Source: a virus
Lineage: Duplodnaviria; Caudoviricetes
IMG/VR virus record: IMGVR_UViG_3300028920_000023
Strand: one strand, 5' to 3'
Length of the DNA: 64,000 nt
Shown piece after piece: positions 32,183-41,664 of the stretch. The position numbers and the translations under genes were made by a program. Under the pieces are notes generated by a model. It was not told the DNA's origin, did no database searches, and was given only the letters and a program-made list of their open reading frames with translations. Position 1 is the stretch's first letter, and the number at the start of each line of letters is the position of its first letter.

Positions 32183-32374
32183 ATGCTCGCAGACAAAAAA
32201 GACAGAGACAAACTAGCCAAACTGCTCAACCAAATACAAGCAACACCACAAACAGTAGAGCAACTAGGCTACAAAATCACAGAGACACACCACACTCTGT
32301 GCAGAGTTGAAGACAACCAAGGCCACCACGCCTACTGGCTAGGCGGCAAAGAATGGCGAACAGTCTTCAACTAA
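32183..32374 (+). CDS. Hypothetical protein
   Basis: AAGGAG RBS. Confidence 0.7.
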   Translation: MLADKKDRDKLAKLLNQIQATPQTVEQLGYKITETHHTLCRVEDNQGHHAYWLGGKEWRTVFN

Positions 32375-32514
32375 CCTTCCTCACAGGAAACACGTCACAC
32401 AAAGCCACACGCCACAACACGAATACGCAGGACGGGGACATCCCCGTCCAAACACACGGGCAGGGATGTCCCCCGCCCAAACACATACGGGCAAAAGCCC
32501 AAAGGAGACAGACC

Positions 32515-32874
32515 ATGCAAGAACGAATCACAGAACTCGTCGAGAACAACGGCCTGAGCCAGGAGCAAGCAACAATCGTCGCCAAGGCTGAAGAGACCCA
32601 GGCCAAGAAAGCCCAGAAGGCCCTGGAAAAGGTGAGCAAATACCCACACGCCATCATCAACACCCTCACCCACGACCCAGTGGCCAAAAAGAACAAAGTG
32701 CAGATCGAGTGCGTCGAGTGCGGCGACACCACACGCTGGGTCTACACCTCGGACCTCTTCCAAGTTCGTCACTGCACAGAGTGTGGCAAGAAGGCCAAGG
32801 CCGAGAAGGCCAAGCAGAAGGCAGCCGAAACCAAGGCAGCCCTCGAAGCCTACCGCGCAAGCCTGAAGGACTAA
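32515..32874 (+). CDS. Zn-ribbon protein (paralog of 29230-29589)
   Basis: Near-identical to the 29230 protein. Confidence 0.85.
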   Translation: MQERITELVENNGLSQEQATIVAKAEETQAKKAQKALEKVSKYPHAIINTLTHDPVAKKNKVQIECVECGDTTRWVYTSDLFQVRHCTECGKKAKAEKAKQKAAETKAALEAYRASLKD

Positions 32875-32875
32875 A

Positions 32876-32916
32876 CCTGACGAGGTACGAATCCCTTTCC
32901 CTAGTGGAAAGGGAAG
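32876..32916 (+). ncRNA. Hammerhead-like motif (family A)
   Basis: CUGACGA-G(GUA)C-GAA-UCCCUUUCC/GGAAAGGGA. Confidence 0.55.
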
Positions 32917-32938
32917 AAACCAAACAAGGAGAACAAAA

Positions 32939-33256
32939 ATGGTCGAATACAAATTCACCAACGTCAAATTCCACGTCGACGAAGAAAACATCATCATCTG
33001 CGACCTGGAATTCGTCAACGAACACGGACACCCACTCAAACGCTGCGAGAACGTCCTCTTCCAAGTCGGAAGAGAAGGCATCCTAACCGACGGGGAGATA
33101 GGCGTTCGAGATGACGAGGAAGGGCCGTACATGGAACGCGCTCGAGAGAAGTACGGCAAGAACTATCCAGGTTGGGATGTTTACAACAAAGAGGATTTCG
33201 AGAGGGCTTACCTCACATGGTGCAATGAAGGCAACGATAACGAGGTTCCATTCTAA
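32939..33256 (+). CDS. Hypothetical acidic protein
   Basis: AAGGAG RBS. Confidence 0.8.
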   Translation: MVEYKFTNVKFHVDEENIIICDLEFVNEHGHPLKRCENVLFQVGREGILTDGEIGVRDDEEGPYMERAREKYGKNYPGWDVYNKEDFERAYLTWCNEGNDNEVPF

Positions 33257-33267
33257 CCGAATCCTCA

Positions 33268-33340
33268 ATAGCAAGAGCTGCCAAATGAGATCCTTCGGGA
33301 ACCGGGTTAGAATATTTCAATACAGCAAGAGCTGCCAAAT
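33268..33340. repeat. Inverted pair of the same 19-mer (AYAGCAAGAGCTGCCAAAT), 54 nt apart
   Basis: Copies at 33268 and 33322; reverse complement of the 31246 pair. Confidence 0.85.
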
Positions 33341-33344
33341 GAGA

Positions 33345-33386
33345 CCTGACGAGGTACGAATCCCCTTTCCACTAGGGAAAGGGAAG
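33345..33386 (+). ncRNA. Hammerhead-like motif (family A)
   Basis: CUGACGA-G(GUA)C-GAA-UCCCCUUUCC/GGGAAAGGGA. Confidence 0.55.
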
Positions 33387-33407
33387 AAACCAAACAAGGG
33401 AGGTAAC

Positions 33408-33644
33408 ATGGAAAAATTGACTGATGAGGAGCTGGAAGTGGTCCAGGATTATTTTCTGGATAGTGATGTTACTTCTGTTGTCTGGATTGAGGCTCATGAT
33501 GATGTTCGGATTGTTAAGCAGACGGTTGAGGAGGTCATTCGTGGAGTGAGGGAGAACAAGTTGGTGTCTGCTTATTTTAAGCTCAAGGGTGAGTCTATGG
33601 ATTGGTGGGTTGAGGCTTTGGAGAAGAGCTTGAGGGGTGTTTGA
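33408..33644 (+). CDS. Hypothetical protein
   Basis: AAGGGAGG RBS; first fully G/T-biased gene. Confidence 0.75.
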   Translation: MEKLTDEELEVVQDYFLDSDVTSVVWIEAHDDVRIVKQTVEEVIRGVRENKLVSAYFKLKGESMDWWVEALEKSLRGV

Positions 33645-33669
33645 GTTTGGTCCGAAGGACAGGGCGAAT

Positions 33670-33710
33670 TCTGATGAGTTTCGAATCTCTTTCCTGAGTG
33701 GAAAGGGATG
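33670..33710 (+). ncRNA. Hammerhead-like motif (family A)
   Basis: CUGAUGA-G(UUU)C-GAA-UCUCUUUCC/GGAAAGGGA. Confidence 0.55.
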
Positions 33711-33834
33711 TTCTTTAGAGGGGTTCTTGGGTAATTCTTACCTGGTGTTTGGAGGGAGGAATTATTCCTATTTTGTTGATATTACGCTGTGTGTATTTCT
33801 ACACAGTGTGCGCGATGTTTGGCTTGTTGTTTAA

Positions 33835-33863
33835 TTGTATCGTATATGTCAAGGGGATATAAG
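33835..33863 (+). promoter_or_regulatory. Sigma70-type promoter candidate
   Basis: TTGTAT-17 nt-TATAAG in a non-coding gap. Confidence 0.45.
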
Positions 33864-34161
33864 TTCGATACCCCCTTCGAGGTATTTTTGTGGCCAGTCA
33901 ATATATGCGCGAGGGCAACGAAGTATAAATCGGTCCCCCTCTTCTTTTGTGTTTGGAGGGGTGTTGTTGATGGGGTAGTGTTCTCGAGTTGTGGATCAAG
34001 AGTTGACCGAGAGATGTTTTTCTGTTTTTGTTCTACGTGGAACGTGTTTCTGTTTAGCAGGTGCGGCCCATTTCCACACAGGAAATGATGAGGCTTTGGT
34101 TGAAACAGAGGGGTTTTTCTTTGTTTGTGTTGTTTGGGGTTTGATCTGTGTTTTTCTTGTT

Positions 34162-34204
34162 CTCTGATGAGGTGTCGAATCCTTTTCCTGTGTGGAGGGG
34201 GATG
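34162..34204 (+). ncRNA. Hammerhead-like motif (family A)
   Basis: CUGAUGA-G(GUGU)C-GAA-UCCUUUUCC/GGAGGGGGA (G.U wobbles). Confidence 0.5.
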
Positions 34205-34236
34205 TTTTTCTGTTTTCCTGTTTAGAGGAGGTGGTG

Positions 34237-34720
34237 ATGGGCGAAACAAAAGCAACAGATACAGGTGTAGTGGCTTGTGTCTGGGAAGGAGACGAAAAGG
34301 GGATTTTCCCTGTCTTCGTCGTCGAGGACGCTAGGGGAGTGTGTGAACATTTCCTAAGTTTTGGGCGAACAGAAACCGGCGGGGTGGTTTTATCTCTCCT
34401 ACTTGGTGCAGAAAGGAAAAGGAAGATATGCTATTGGTCTCTTCCCCAACCTGCCGGAGGACGTCGGTACTTTGCTCTTTCGGCCCTTGGTTTTCTTGGG
34501 CCGGGATATGGGGCATGGGCTGACGTCTTTTGTGTTTGCGAATACTTATGGGGAGATCGAAGAACAGGGGGGAGTGAGGGTTGGGTTTCTAGATGTTAGG
34601 GATTTTGATGCGGGTGAGTTTAGCAGGGGCGGTTTATTTTCGCCGTATGCGATCGATGGGGTGAATGTTTCTTTGGATGAGCGTTATCGACGTTACCTCC
34701 GGAGGCTGTTGGGGGTGTAA
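34237..34720 (+). pseudogene. Frameshifted paralog of 49468-50079
   Basis: CVW.G..GIFP.F then +1 shift at AGTTTTGGG (about 34360) to EQKP..FYLSY..YAIGLFPNL. Confidence 0.7.
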
Positions 34721-34887
34721 CGGCGGGAGGGTATCAAGACAGAGGTCATTAATTCGTTGTTGGGTGATTATCAGCTGGAGGTTGATGGGAGCAAAAGGAG
34801 AGGGTTTGATCCTTTTGCTCCTTCGAGGTATGATCTTGATTCTGCGGTGGCTACGGCGGAGGAGCTTGGTTATTGTTAGTCGTGGGG

Positions 34888-34928
34888 CCTGATGAGTTTC
34901 GAATCCTTTTCCTGGGTGGAGGGGGATG
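34888..34928 (+). ncRNA. Hammerhead-like motif (family A)
   Basis: CUGAUGA-G(UUU)C-GAA-UCCUUUUCC/GGAGGGGGA. Confidence 0.5.
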
Positions 34929-35040
34929 TGTTTTCTTGAGTGGAAAGGGGGTGGTGAGTTTCGGATCCTCTCGAGTGGAGGGATGTTTTTCTTTGTGTTT
35001 TTCTGTTGTTATTTGGGGTCTGTGATTGGGGGAGTGAGCA

Positions 35041-35251
35041 ATGCCGAGTTTTGATATTGTTTCTTGGATTCAGTCGAATACGGAGATTGTGGATAAGTTG
35101 CAGGCTGAGGGGTTATGAAGCGATTACTGATGGGTATGTGAAGCGTTGGGTTGAGTCGAATCGTGAGGTTTGGGATGAGGATGAGTCGGATTTTGATAGT
35201 TATGAGGAGGAGGTTGTTAGTAGTCTTAGGGATCATTTCGGGCAGGGTTAG
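35041..35251 (+). pseudogene. Small acidic gene with a +1 frameshift in a G-run (about 35108)
   Basis: MPSFDIVSWIQSNTEIVDKLQAEG / YEAITDGYVKRWVESN.. Confidence 0.5.
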
Positions 35252-35256
35252 GTTGT

Positions 35257-35309
35257 GGGTTCTGATGAGGCTTTGGCCGAAACAGAGGGGTGTTTTTCTC
35301 TGTTTGTGT
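35257..35309 (+). ncRNA. Hammerhead-like motif (family B)
   Basis: CUGAUGA-GGC(UUUG)GCC-GAAA-CAGAG..CUCUG-UU. Confidence 0.6.
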
Positions 35310-35349
35310 TTGGTGTTTTTCTGTTGTTAGCTTTAGTGAGGGGGTGGGT

Positions 35350-35670
35350 ATGTCTGTTGTTTCTGTTGATGTTGGGTTGGTTCCTCAGCGGAAGGTTGTG
35401 GGTGATGATGTGGAGTTGGAGGTGGTTGTTTATTTGTGTTCGGATGATGTGGAGGATGTGGATACTGTGCCGCTTGTTGATTGTTTTGATGATGAGTGTT
35501 GTGTTCCTGCCCTATCGATTCCGGGTTTGGGTGAGGGGGAGTCGTGGGCTGTTGTGGGGGAGGGTGAGGTGTCGACGGTTTATCCGGGGAACCGTCATTG
35601 GTTTTTGTTTAATAGGTTTCCGAAGAATATGGGGGAGGCTTGGAAAGTGGTTGAGAATTATTTGTTTTGA
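35350..35670 (+). CDS. Hypothetical acidic protein
   Basis: GAGGGGT RBS. Confidence 0.7.
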   Translation: MSVVSVDVGLVPQRKVVGDDVELEVVVYLCSDDVEDVDTVPLVDCFDDECCVPALSIPGLGEGESWAVVGEGEVSTVYPGNRHWFLFNRFPKNMGEAWKVVENYLF

Positions 35671-35678
35671 GTGTGTTT

Positions 35679-35719
35679 TCCTGATGAGTGTCGAATCCTT
35701 TCCTGGGTGGAAAGGGATG
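35679..35719 (+). ncRNA. Hammerhead-like motif (family A)
   Basis: CUGAUGA-G(UGU)C-GAA-UCCUUUCC/GGAAAGGGA. Confidence 0.5.
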
Positions 35720-35885
35720 TTTTTCTTGTTGGAGGTTGTTGGTTTTGTTAATCTCGGGTTCGGGATCTGAAAGGAGCGTTTTGAGTGCGGTATTCAATCG
35801 GGACTTGTAAGACTGCCCCAAGACAGAGATCATTTTAGTAAGACTCGACCCTGTGAATTTGTCCAGCAAAACATTCAGATTAGGT

Positions 35886-35927
35886 TCCTGATGAGTGTCG
35901 AATCCTTTTCCTGGGTGGAAAGGGATG
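35886..35927 (+). ncRNA. Hammerhead-like motif (family A)
   Basis: CUGAUGA-G(UGU)C-GAA-UCCUUUUCC/GGAAAGGGA. Confidence 0.5.
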
Positions 35928-35977
35928 TTACTCCAAATCTATTTTGGGGCACACATTGTGCACGGAAAGGAGAACTG

Positions 35978-36257
35978 ATGAATGACAACAATTACTGCAG
36001 TCAGTGTGGTCGGACGACCAGACACAGTGTGTCCGGGATCATCTACACTTGCGAAAGATGTGGAGTCCGGCGGTTCCGCATACCAAATAGACGGCCCTGG
36101 GATAATAAGGACTGTAAATCTTTTTTGCCCAAAGTGCAAAACTTGCACAAGGCATGATATTAAGACGGCTAAAGAGAGAGCCTGTACTGTTTGTGGGCAC
36201 CGGCTGTTTACTAGAGGGACTGGTCGGGTGAGTCAGAGGATTTTTATTCGTTTGTAG
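35978..36257 (+). CDS. Double Zn-ribbon protein split across two frames (+1 near CCC-UGG, about 36096)
   Basis: CSQCGRTTRH..CERCG and CPKCKTCTRH..CTVCG are homologous halves; AAAGGAG RBS. Confidence 0.55.
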
Positions 36258-36737
36258 TTCTTCCTTTTGTTTTTTCCGCTTTTTTCTTTTTCTTTTTCTT
36301 TTTCTTTTTCTTTTACTGCTTCTGTGTGTCAGGGGTGGGGTGGTGTGTGTTTATGGGGAATTCGATTGGAGAGGAGTGTGTGTGTGAGTTTGGCTTTTTT
36401 GCTTGCGTCTTTGGCGTTGCCTCCTGTGCGTCAGCCGTTGGTTGCGGGGGTGCGTCATCGGGCGTCTAAGAAGCTTCGGAGGGTTAGGAAGCGGCAGCGT
36501 CAGAATAGAAAGAGAGGTAGAAGAAGATGAGGGGTTCGGTTACGCCGGCGAAACGGACTAGGGAGGGTGTTAGGGTTTTTTTGTGGGATAATCCTGAGTT
36601 GAGGAGGGCTTGGAGGGAGGCTTGTCAGAGGGAGCGTAAGGAGTGTCAGGTTGAGCGGGCTTGGCGGGGGAAGAAGTCTTGAGTGTGGGTGTGGTTACTT
36701 ACGTTTTTTTTCTTTGGCGGGGTAGGGTGGTGTGGTT

Positions 36738-36790
36738 GTTTTCTGATGAGGCTTTGGCCGAAACAGAGGAGGGTGTTTCTCTGTTTGTGT
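36738..36790 (+). ncRNA. Hammerhead-like motif (family B)
   Basis: CTGATGAGGCTTTGGCCGAAACAGAGGAGGGTGTTTCTCTGTT. Confidence 0.6.
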
Positions 36791-36825
36791 TGGACAGGTA
36801 ACCGTTCTGGGAGGGAGGAAGGAAC

Positions 36826-37263
36826 ATGCCGGAAGAGAGTAAATTCGAGATAGGTCAGCGTGTGAGCCATAAGGGCTGTCCGGGGACGCTCGAGGGTTTC
36901 CGTACGGACGCGCCTGGTGGTTTCCGTTCGGGTGTGCCTGGGGATGCGCCTGTGGCGATTGTCAGGTGGGATGACGGGAAGACGGGTGATGTTGTGTTGG
37001 GTGAGTTGAAGCCAAGGCCGTATCCTTATGATTATGTGGTTAAGGTTGTGGCTGTGAATGGTGTGAGTCGTTGTGTTATCTACACGGACGATACGGCGTT
37101 TGGGTTTAAGGATGAGGAGGAGGCTTTCGCCAGAGCCAGGGAACTTGCCAAGAAGTATGTTGGGGAACTTGGGGGCGTGTTGCTCGGGCTTACCGTTCGG
37201 TTCGGGGGTGTGTTTGATAGTGATAATCTCTTTTTTAGGGTAGAGGTTATTCCGGTTCCTTGA
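36826..37263 (+). CDS. Hypothetical protein (N-terminal SH3-like)
   Basis: GGAGGAAGG RBS. Confidence 0.75.
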   Translation: MPEESKFEIGQRVSHKGCPGTLEGFRTDAPGGFRSGVPGDAPVAIVRWDDGKTGDVVLGELKPRPYPYDYVVKVVAVNGVSRCVIYTDDTAFGFKDEEEAFARARELAKKYVGELGGVLLGLTVRFGGVFDSDNLFFRVEVIPVP

Positions 37264-37461
37264 TGAGTTTCGGGTTTCTTCTTTTGTGGAGGGGTTGTGT
37301 TGGTTTCGTTTTGGTGCTTTGGTTGTTTTGGGAGGGGGTTGTGATGTGTGAGCCTTAGTTGTGGGGTTTTTGGTGTTTTTTGTGTGTTCTTTTGGCTTCT
37401 TGGTATTTTGGGAGGGGGGTTGTGATGTGTGAGCCGTGATGTTGCGAATCAATAGGGGGAA

Positions 37462-37515
37462 TGCGACTGATGAGGCTTTGGCCGAAACAGAGGAGGGTGT
37501 TTCTCTGTTTGTGTT
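37462..37515 (+). ncRNA. Hammerhead-like motif (family B)
   Basis: Core identical to the 36738 copy. Confidence 0.6.
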
Positions 37516-37539
37516 TTCCTGTGAGGAAGGGGGTTTGTG

Positions 37540-38145
37540 ATGTCGATTGCTGATTTTGATGTTCGATATCGTTTTGTGCCGAAGGATCAGCTGGTGCGGT
37601 TGGATGCGGATGTGGGGTCTTTTGAGGTTAGGGAGCAGCTCACGAGGGCTGTGGCTTGTGGTTTTGGTACGTTTCGGGTGGTGGGGTTGGCTGTTCCGGA
37701 GTTTGATGGGGAGATGAGTGCGGAGTTGCGTGCTCGGTTGGATGCGGGTTTTTGGGTTGTTGAGGAAGGTGATGTGTTGTATGATCGGACTTTTGTGGCT
37801 GTGTTGTTTGAGCCTAAGTGTTTGGTGTTTGTGCCTTTTGGTAGGGATGGGGTGGCTGGGGATTCGGGGTTTTTTCCTTCTTCGGAGGATCTTGGTTCGG
37901 TGTATCGTGAGGGGATGAGTTTTGAGGAGATGCTTGCTGTTCCTGCGTATTTGCAGGGCGATGGTGTTCCGCTTACTCCTGAGGAGGTGGCTGGTTTTTG
38001 GGTGTTGGAGCGGGATAAGCTGGAGACGATGCTTGGTGTTTGTCCTGATGATCTTGATGATGATGGTGCTGTGTATGCGGCGAATTGTGGTCTGAAGACG
38101 GGTATTGCTCATGCTGCTGTGCGGATTGTGGAGCGTCCTGTCTGA
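37540..38145 (+). CDS. Hypothetical protein
   Basis: GAGGAAGG RBS, 201 aa. Confidence 0.75.
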   Translation: MSIADFDVRYRFVPKDQLVRLDADVGSFEVREQLTRAVACGFGTFRVVGLAVPEFDGEMSAELRARLDAGFWVVEEGDVLYDRTFVAVLFEPKCLVFVPFGRDGVAGDSGFFPSSEDLGSVYREGMSFEEMLAVPAYLQGDGVPLTPEEVAGFWVLERDKLETMLGVCPDDLDDDGAVYAANCGLKTGIAHAAVRIVERPV

Positions 38146-38150
38146 GTTGG

Positions 38151-38203
38151 GTAGGCTGATGAGGCTTTGGCCGAAACAGAGGAGGGTGTTTCTCTGTTTG
38201 TGT
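38151..38203 (+). ncRNA. Hammerhead-like motif (family B)
   Basis: Core identical to the 36738 copy. Confidence 0.6.
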
Positions 38204-38237
38204 TTTCTTGGGAACGGGAAGTGTTTTGGAGGAAATA

Positions 38238-38756
38238 ATGATGTATGAGGTTACGATGTTTGAGAGCAGTATTGAGGCTGCGGTGACTCGTCGGGATAAG
38301 GATTTGGAAACGGCGATTCTTGCGGCTCATAATGAGTTGATGAGGCGGCACCAGGGTGATGATTCGTGTAGGCTGAATCGTTATTGTGGGGCTTGGTCGA
38401 AGCCATCTAATCCCGAGGAGCGGCATAATCTTAGTGGGTCTGAGCCGGATTTTAGTGAGGGGGTTGTGTTGATTTGGTGTTTTGACCGGATGACGGTTGT
38501 GGAGGGTGTTGCCAGGAAGATTTTGGACAGGTCGGTTGTGTTTGTGGTGATTTCTGATCAGGAAGGTGATTTGGATGCTAGGGAGTTTGGTGGTTTGGGG
38601 GAGGCTTTGGTTTATTTTAATGAGATGCGTGAGGTGTTTGGTCTTACTGTTGGTGATTGCGGGCATGATCCTGGTTTGGTGACTGAGGAGTGGTTGGCTT
38701 CGTATAATTTGATGGCTGATGATGGGGAGGCGCGTGTTTGCTTGAGGTCTAGGTGA
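38238..38756 (+). CDS. Hypothetical protein
   Basis: GGAGG RBS. Confidence 0.75.
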   Translation: MMYEVTMFESSIEAAVTRRDKDLETAILAAHNELMRRHQGDDSCRLNRYCGAWSKPSNPEERHNLSGSEPDFSEGVVLIWCFDRMTVVEGVARKILDRSVVFVVISDQEGDLDAREFGGLGEALVYFNEMREVFGLTVGDCGHDPGLVTEEWLASYNLMADDGEARVCLRSR

Positions 38757-38760
38757 GGGG

Positions 38761-38813
38761 TTGTGCTGATGAGGCTTTGGCCGAAACAGAGGAGGGTTTT
38801 TCTCTGTTTGTGT
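38761..38813 (+). ncRNA. Hammerhead-like motif (family B; stem I all G.U wobble)
   Basis: UGUG-CUGAUGA...CUCUG-UU-UGUG. Confidence 0.6.
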
Positions 38814-38985
38814 TGTTTGTGTTGTTTGTGTTGTTTTTGTTTTGTGGAAGGAGGTTTTCATGTCTACAGGTTGTTAGGAAGGGGAGTGGTGATGTTCTTG
38901 GTGATTGTTATGAGGCTTTGGCCGAAACAGAGGAGGGTGTTTCTCTGTTTGGTTTGTACGTGGTTCTCGATTCGGAGGTGGGATT

Positions 38986-39186
38986 ATGACGAGCTTTGAT
39001 GGAAGGACGTGGATTCAGCAGACTGGGGCTGTGCTTCGGTTGGGGCGGGATGGCAATATGCGTCCTGCTGGTAAAAACCAGGCCAGGCGGGCTATTCGCC
39101 GCTTGGGTGGTCAGGAGCGTGCTGAGATGTGTAGGTTGTGCTTGGCGCGGGCGCTGCGGTTTGCTTTTCCTGGGAGGAAATGTTGA
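38986..39186 (+). CDS. Small basic protein
   Basis: GGAGG RBS. Confidence 0.55.
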   Translation: MTSFDGRTWIQQTGAVLRLGRDGNMRPAGKNQARRAIRRLGGQERAEMCRLCLARALRFAFPGRKC

Positions 39187-39259
39187 GGCTTTGGCCGAAA
39201 TAGAGGGATGTTTTTCTCTCTGTTTGTGTTTCTGAGTTGTTTGTGGAAAGGAGGTGGGT

Positions 39260-39605
39260 ATGGCTGGGCGGGTTCTGGAGGATGGTTTCGAGATTGGTGA
39301 TCTTAAGGATGAGTTTGGGGCGGAGGCGCTGGAGTGATCTTAAGGATGAGTTTGGGGCGGAGGCGCTGGAGAAGTTGGAGTTGATGGATCCTGCTAGCCT
39401 CAAGACGTCGAAGATTCAGAAGCAGAAGGTTGAGGGTGTTGGGCGTGTTGAGTGCTGGGTGGATGCGTGCTCGGTGGATGCGGATATGGGCCATGTTCGT
39501 TTCTGGCGTCTTCTCGATGTTGTCGATGGGGAGGGGGTTCCGGTTGTTCTTGAGGAGGATTATGGTGAGGGTTTGCTTTTTTATGGGCGGAATTACACTC
39601 TCTGA
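39260..39605 (+). pseudogene. Gene broken by an exact 37-nt tandem duplication
   Basis: 39298-39334 duplicated at 39335-39371; creates a stop and a frameshift. Confidence 0.75.
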
Positions 39606-39641
39606 TGAGTTTCGAATCCTTTTCCTTCGTGGAGGGGGATG
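39601..39641 (+). ncRNA. Hammerhead-like motif (family A)
   Basis: CUGAUGA-G(UUU)C-GAA-UCCUUUUCC/GGAGGGGGA. Confidence 0.5.
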
Positions 39642-39665
39642 TTAACCTTAACAAAGGAGGTGGTG

Positions 39666-40028
39666 ATGGCGAAGGGTGAAGAGAACAAGAAGGACAGTCT
39701 CTTGCGTGCTTACGATGAGTTTTGTGAATTGCTTGATAAAATTCAGGATGGCGAGGGGAGGATTCTCGAGGACGAAGAGAAGAATGCTCTTCTTGGATTG
39801 TTGATGAACAGTGGAGACAAGGAGTTGGCGTGTGTTGGTTTGTTGATTGGTTCTTTGGATAAGGTGAGGTTGTCTTCTTCTGGGGGTGTTTGGTCGATAG
39901 GTCTCGGCGTTCTGGGCGATTTTGATGTTGTTTTGTCGTTCAGAGAGTCCGAGCATGATGAGCTGGGTCGTGGCGATGAGAAGAGTGGCGATCCAAAGGA
40001 TAAAACAGTTCTTAGGAAAAACAATTGA
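39666..40028 (+). CDS. Hypothetical protein (may continue in the +1 frame to 40200)
   Basis: AAAGGAGG RBS. Confidence 0.65.
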   Translation: MAKGEENKKDSLLRAYDEFCELLDKIQDGEGRILEDEEKNALLGLLMNSGDKELACVGLLIGSLDKVRLSSSGGVWSIGLGVLGDFDVVLSFRESEHDELGRGDEKSGDPKDKTVLRKNN

Positions 40029-40294
40029 GGGCAGATATGAGCAAGGGCTCCTTCACATCTGTTGCAATGGCGAACAGATGTCAAGTGTTACTGTGTCCGA
40101 TTCCGAAGGATCCAGAAAAATCTTCGAGGGTATTCTCGGAGCTATTGACAAGATAAAAGTTTCCGATATAGACTTTACCAATAACCAACCAAAATCCTAG
40201 GGGGTGTCATGGAGCATTTTTTCGTTTGCGAGGGGCCGTGTATTTGTCATCAGACGATCGAAACCCTCCGCCACGAAAGGTGCTGGTGAGGAAT

Positions 40295-40335
40295 CCTGAT
40301 GAGTTTCGAATCCTTCTCCTGACTGGAGGGGGAAG
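40295..40335 (+). ncRNA. Hammerhead-like motif (family A)
   Basis: CUGAUGA-G(UUU)C-GAA-UCCUUCUCC/GGAGGGGGA. Confidence 0.5.
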
Positions 40336-40386
40336 TGTTTTCCTTGTTGGAAATTGGTTGGTTTGTTAACCTCGGGAGGATTTGGT

Positions 40387-40674
40387 ATGACCAGGATCTA
40401 CAGAGTGACGGAGGAGGAGAAGGAGATTTTGGTGGCTTTGCGCCGGAAGGGTGAGAAGTGTAGCCAGATGATCGCTCGTCTCACCGCAGCGATTGCCGAA
40501 CTTGATTCGGTTCCTCCTAAACCTATTCGGGCCGTTAGTCATCGGTTCGATTTTGAGCGATCTGAACTTGAGACTATCAAAGCAAAGGCCGAGGAGCTTG
40601 AGACCACCGTGATCCATTTGCTCATTTACACGGCACGACAATTGGTGGAAAAGGAAAAGGCCGGCAAGCTCTGA
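40387..40674 (+). CDS. Small DNA-binding protein (tandem ribbon-helix-helix-like)
   Basis: RIYRVTEEEKEIL.. and RFDFERSELETIKAKAEEL.. Confidence 0.6.
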   Translation: MTRIYRVTEEEKEILVALRRKGEKCSQMIARLTAAIAELDSVPPKPIRAVSHRFDFERSELETIKAKAEELETTVIHLLIYTARQLVEKEKAGKL

Positions 40675-40690
40675 TATTTGTTCACGTTCC

Positions 40691-40731
40691 TCTGATGAGT
40701 TTCGAATCCTTTTCCTTCGTGGAGGGGGAAG
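40691..40731 (+). ncRNA. Hammerhead-like motif (family A; duplicate of 39601)
   Basis: Near-identical to 39601, including the downstream RBS. Confidence 0.5.
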
Positions 40732-40752
40732 TTACCCTAACAAAGGAGGACA

Positions 40753-40992
40753 TTGATGATGCGATGGAAGATGCTGCCCCGAAATAAAAGGAAGTCGATC
40801 AGGAAGAAGTTTAGCGAGAAGGTTAATGCGCTGATCCACTATCTGGAGTCGTACGTCGGGGACAACTACGCAGGGAATTCCTCTGTGAGTCAGTTGAATA
40901 ATGTCTGGGGCAAGTTCAACGACTGTTGTCCTTTGGACTTCGATGGTATTGGTGATGAGAGTAGGAATCAAGATGGCGGGAAGTTACCCTAA
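40753..40992 (+). CDS. Hypothetical protein
   Basis: AAAGGAGG RBS. Confidence 0.65.
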   Translation: MMMRWKMLPRNKRKSIRKKFSEKVNALIHYLESYVGDNYAGNSSVSQLNNVWGKFNDCCPLDFDGIGDESRNQDGGKLP

Positions 40993-41031
40993 CAAAGACG
41001 ATGAGGACGATGAGGACGATGAGGACTGAAT

Positions 41032-41071
41032 CCTGACGAGTTCGAATCCTTCTCCTAAATGGAGGAGGAAG
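41032..41071 (+). ncRNA. Hammerhead-like motif (family A; duplicate of 40295)
   Basis: CUGACGA-G(UU)C-GAA-UCCUUCUCC/GGAGGAGGA. Confidence 0.5.
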
Positions 41072-41157
41072 TGTTTTCCTTGTTGGAAATTGGCTGGTTT
41101 TGTTAACCCTCGGGAAGATTACCGAGAAATGAAGAACCCGTTTTGAAAGGAGAGGCG

Positions 41158-41448
41158 ATGAACACCAAGAGCGTCGAGTTTGGGATTTTGATCCAGGGCT
41201 GCACTTACAGGGACCTTCGTGCCGTCCTGCCGCTGAGCAAGGACGGAGATCCTTGTTTGGCATGTGAAGATCATGTGGTTGAGTCTGCAAATGAAGATGG
41301 TCCTGAGCACTATGTTAGTTTCGGTGTCTTGCAGCATGGCGCTGAGGTTCCTGTTGTTGGTCCTAATGTTGAGTATTGGACCAATGCGATTAAGTCTGGT
41401 GTGAAGGGGGCTAGGGCCAAGTTTGCTATTCTTGAGGTTTGGCGGTGA
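41158..41448 (+). CDS. Hypothetical protein
   Basis: AAAGGAG RBS. Confidence 0.75.
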   Translation: MNTKSVEFGILIQGCTYRDLRAVLPLSKDGDPCLACEDHVVESANEDGPEHYVSFGVLQHGAEVPVVGPNVEYWTNAIKSGVKGARAKFAILEVWR

Positions 41449-41664
41449 TTTAGGGGTTTTTATTTGTGTTTTTCTGTTTGGTGTGGGTGGTTGGTGTTTG
41501 TTTTTATATGCTTTGTGTGGGGGGTTTGTATTTGTTCTTATATTCTTGATTGAGGGAGTTGTTTGACAAGGGGTTTCTTTAGGCTGACAAGTATTTGTGT
41601 GGGGGCAGGGGGATACGACTGCACTGGGTGTTTTTTGACTGGAAACCTTGCTGAGGAGGTTGTG

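Noticed and set aside
36280-36315. (TTTTTC)n run as a regulatory element
   Set aside because: Low-complexity sequence within the G/T-skewed block, with no supporting context
40225-40255. Minus-strand hammerhead (CTGATGA)
   Set aside because: No G10.1-C11.1 pair or stem II/III pairing
30324-41071. Family A hairpins as simple intrinsic terminators
   Set aside because: Copies in A/C regions have no U-tract, and the conserved CUGAYGAG..CGAA leader is unexplained; partial terminator activity in the G/T block is not excluded
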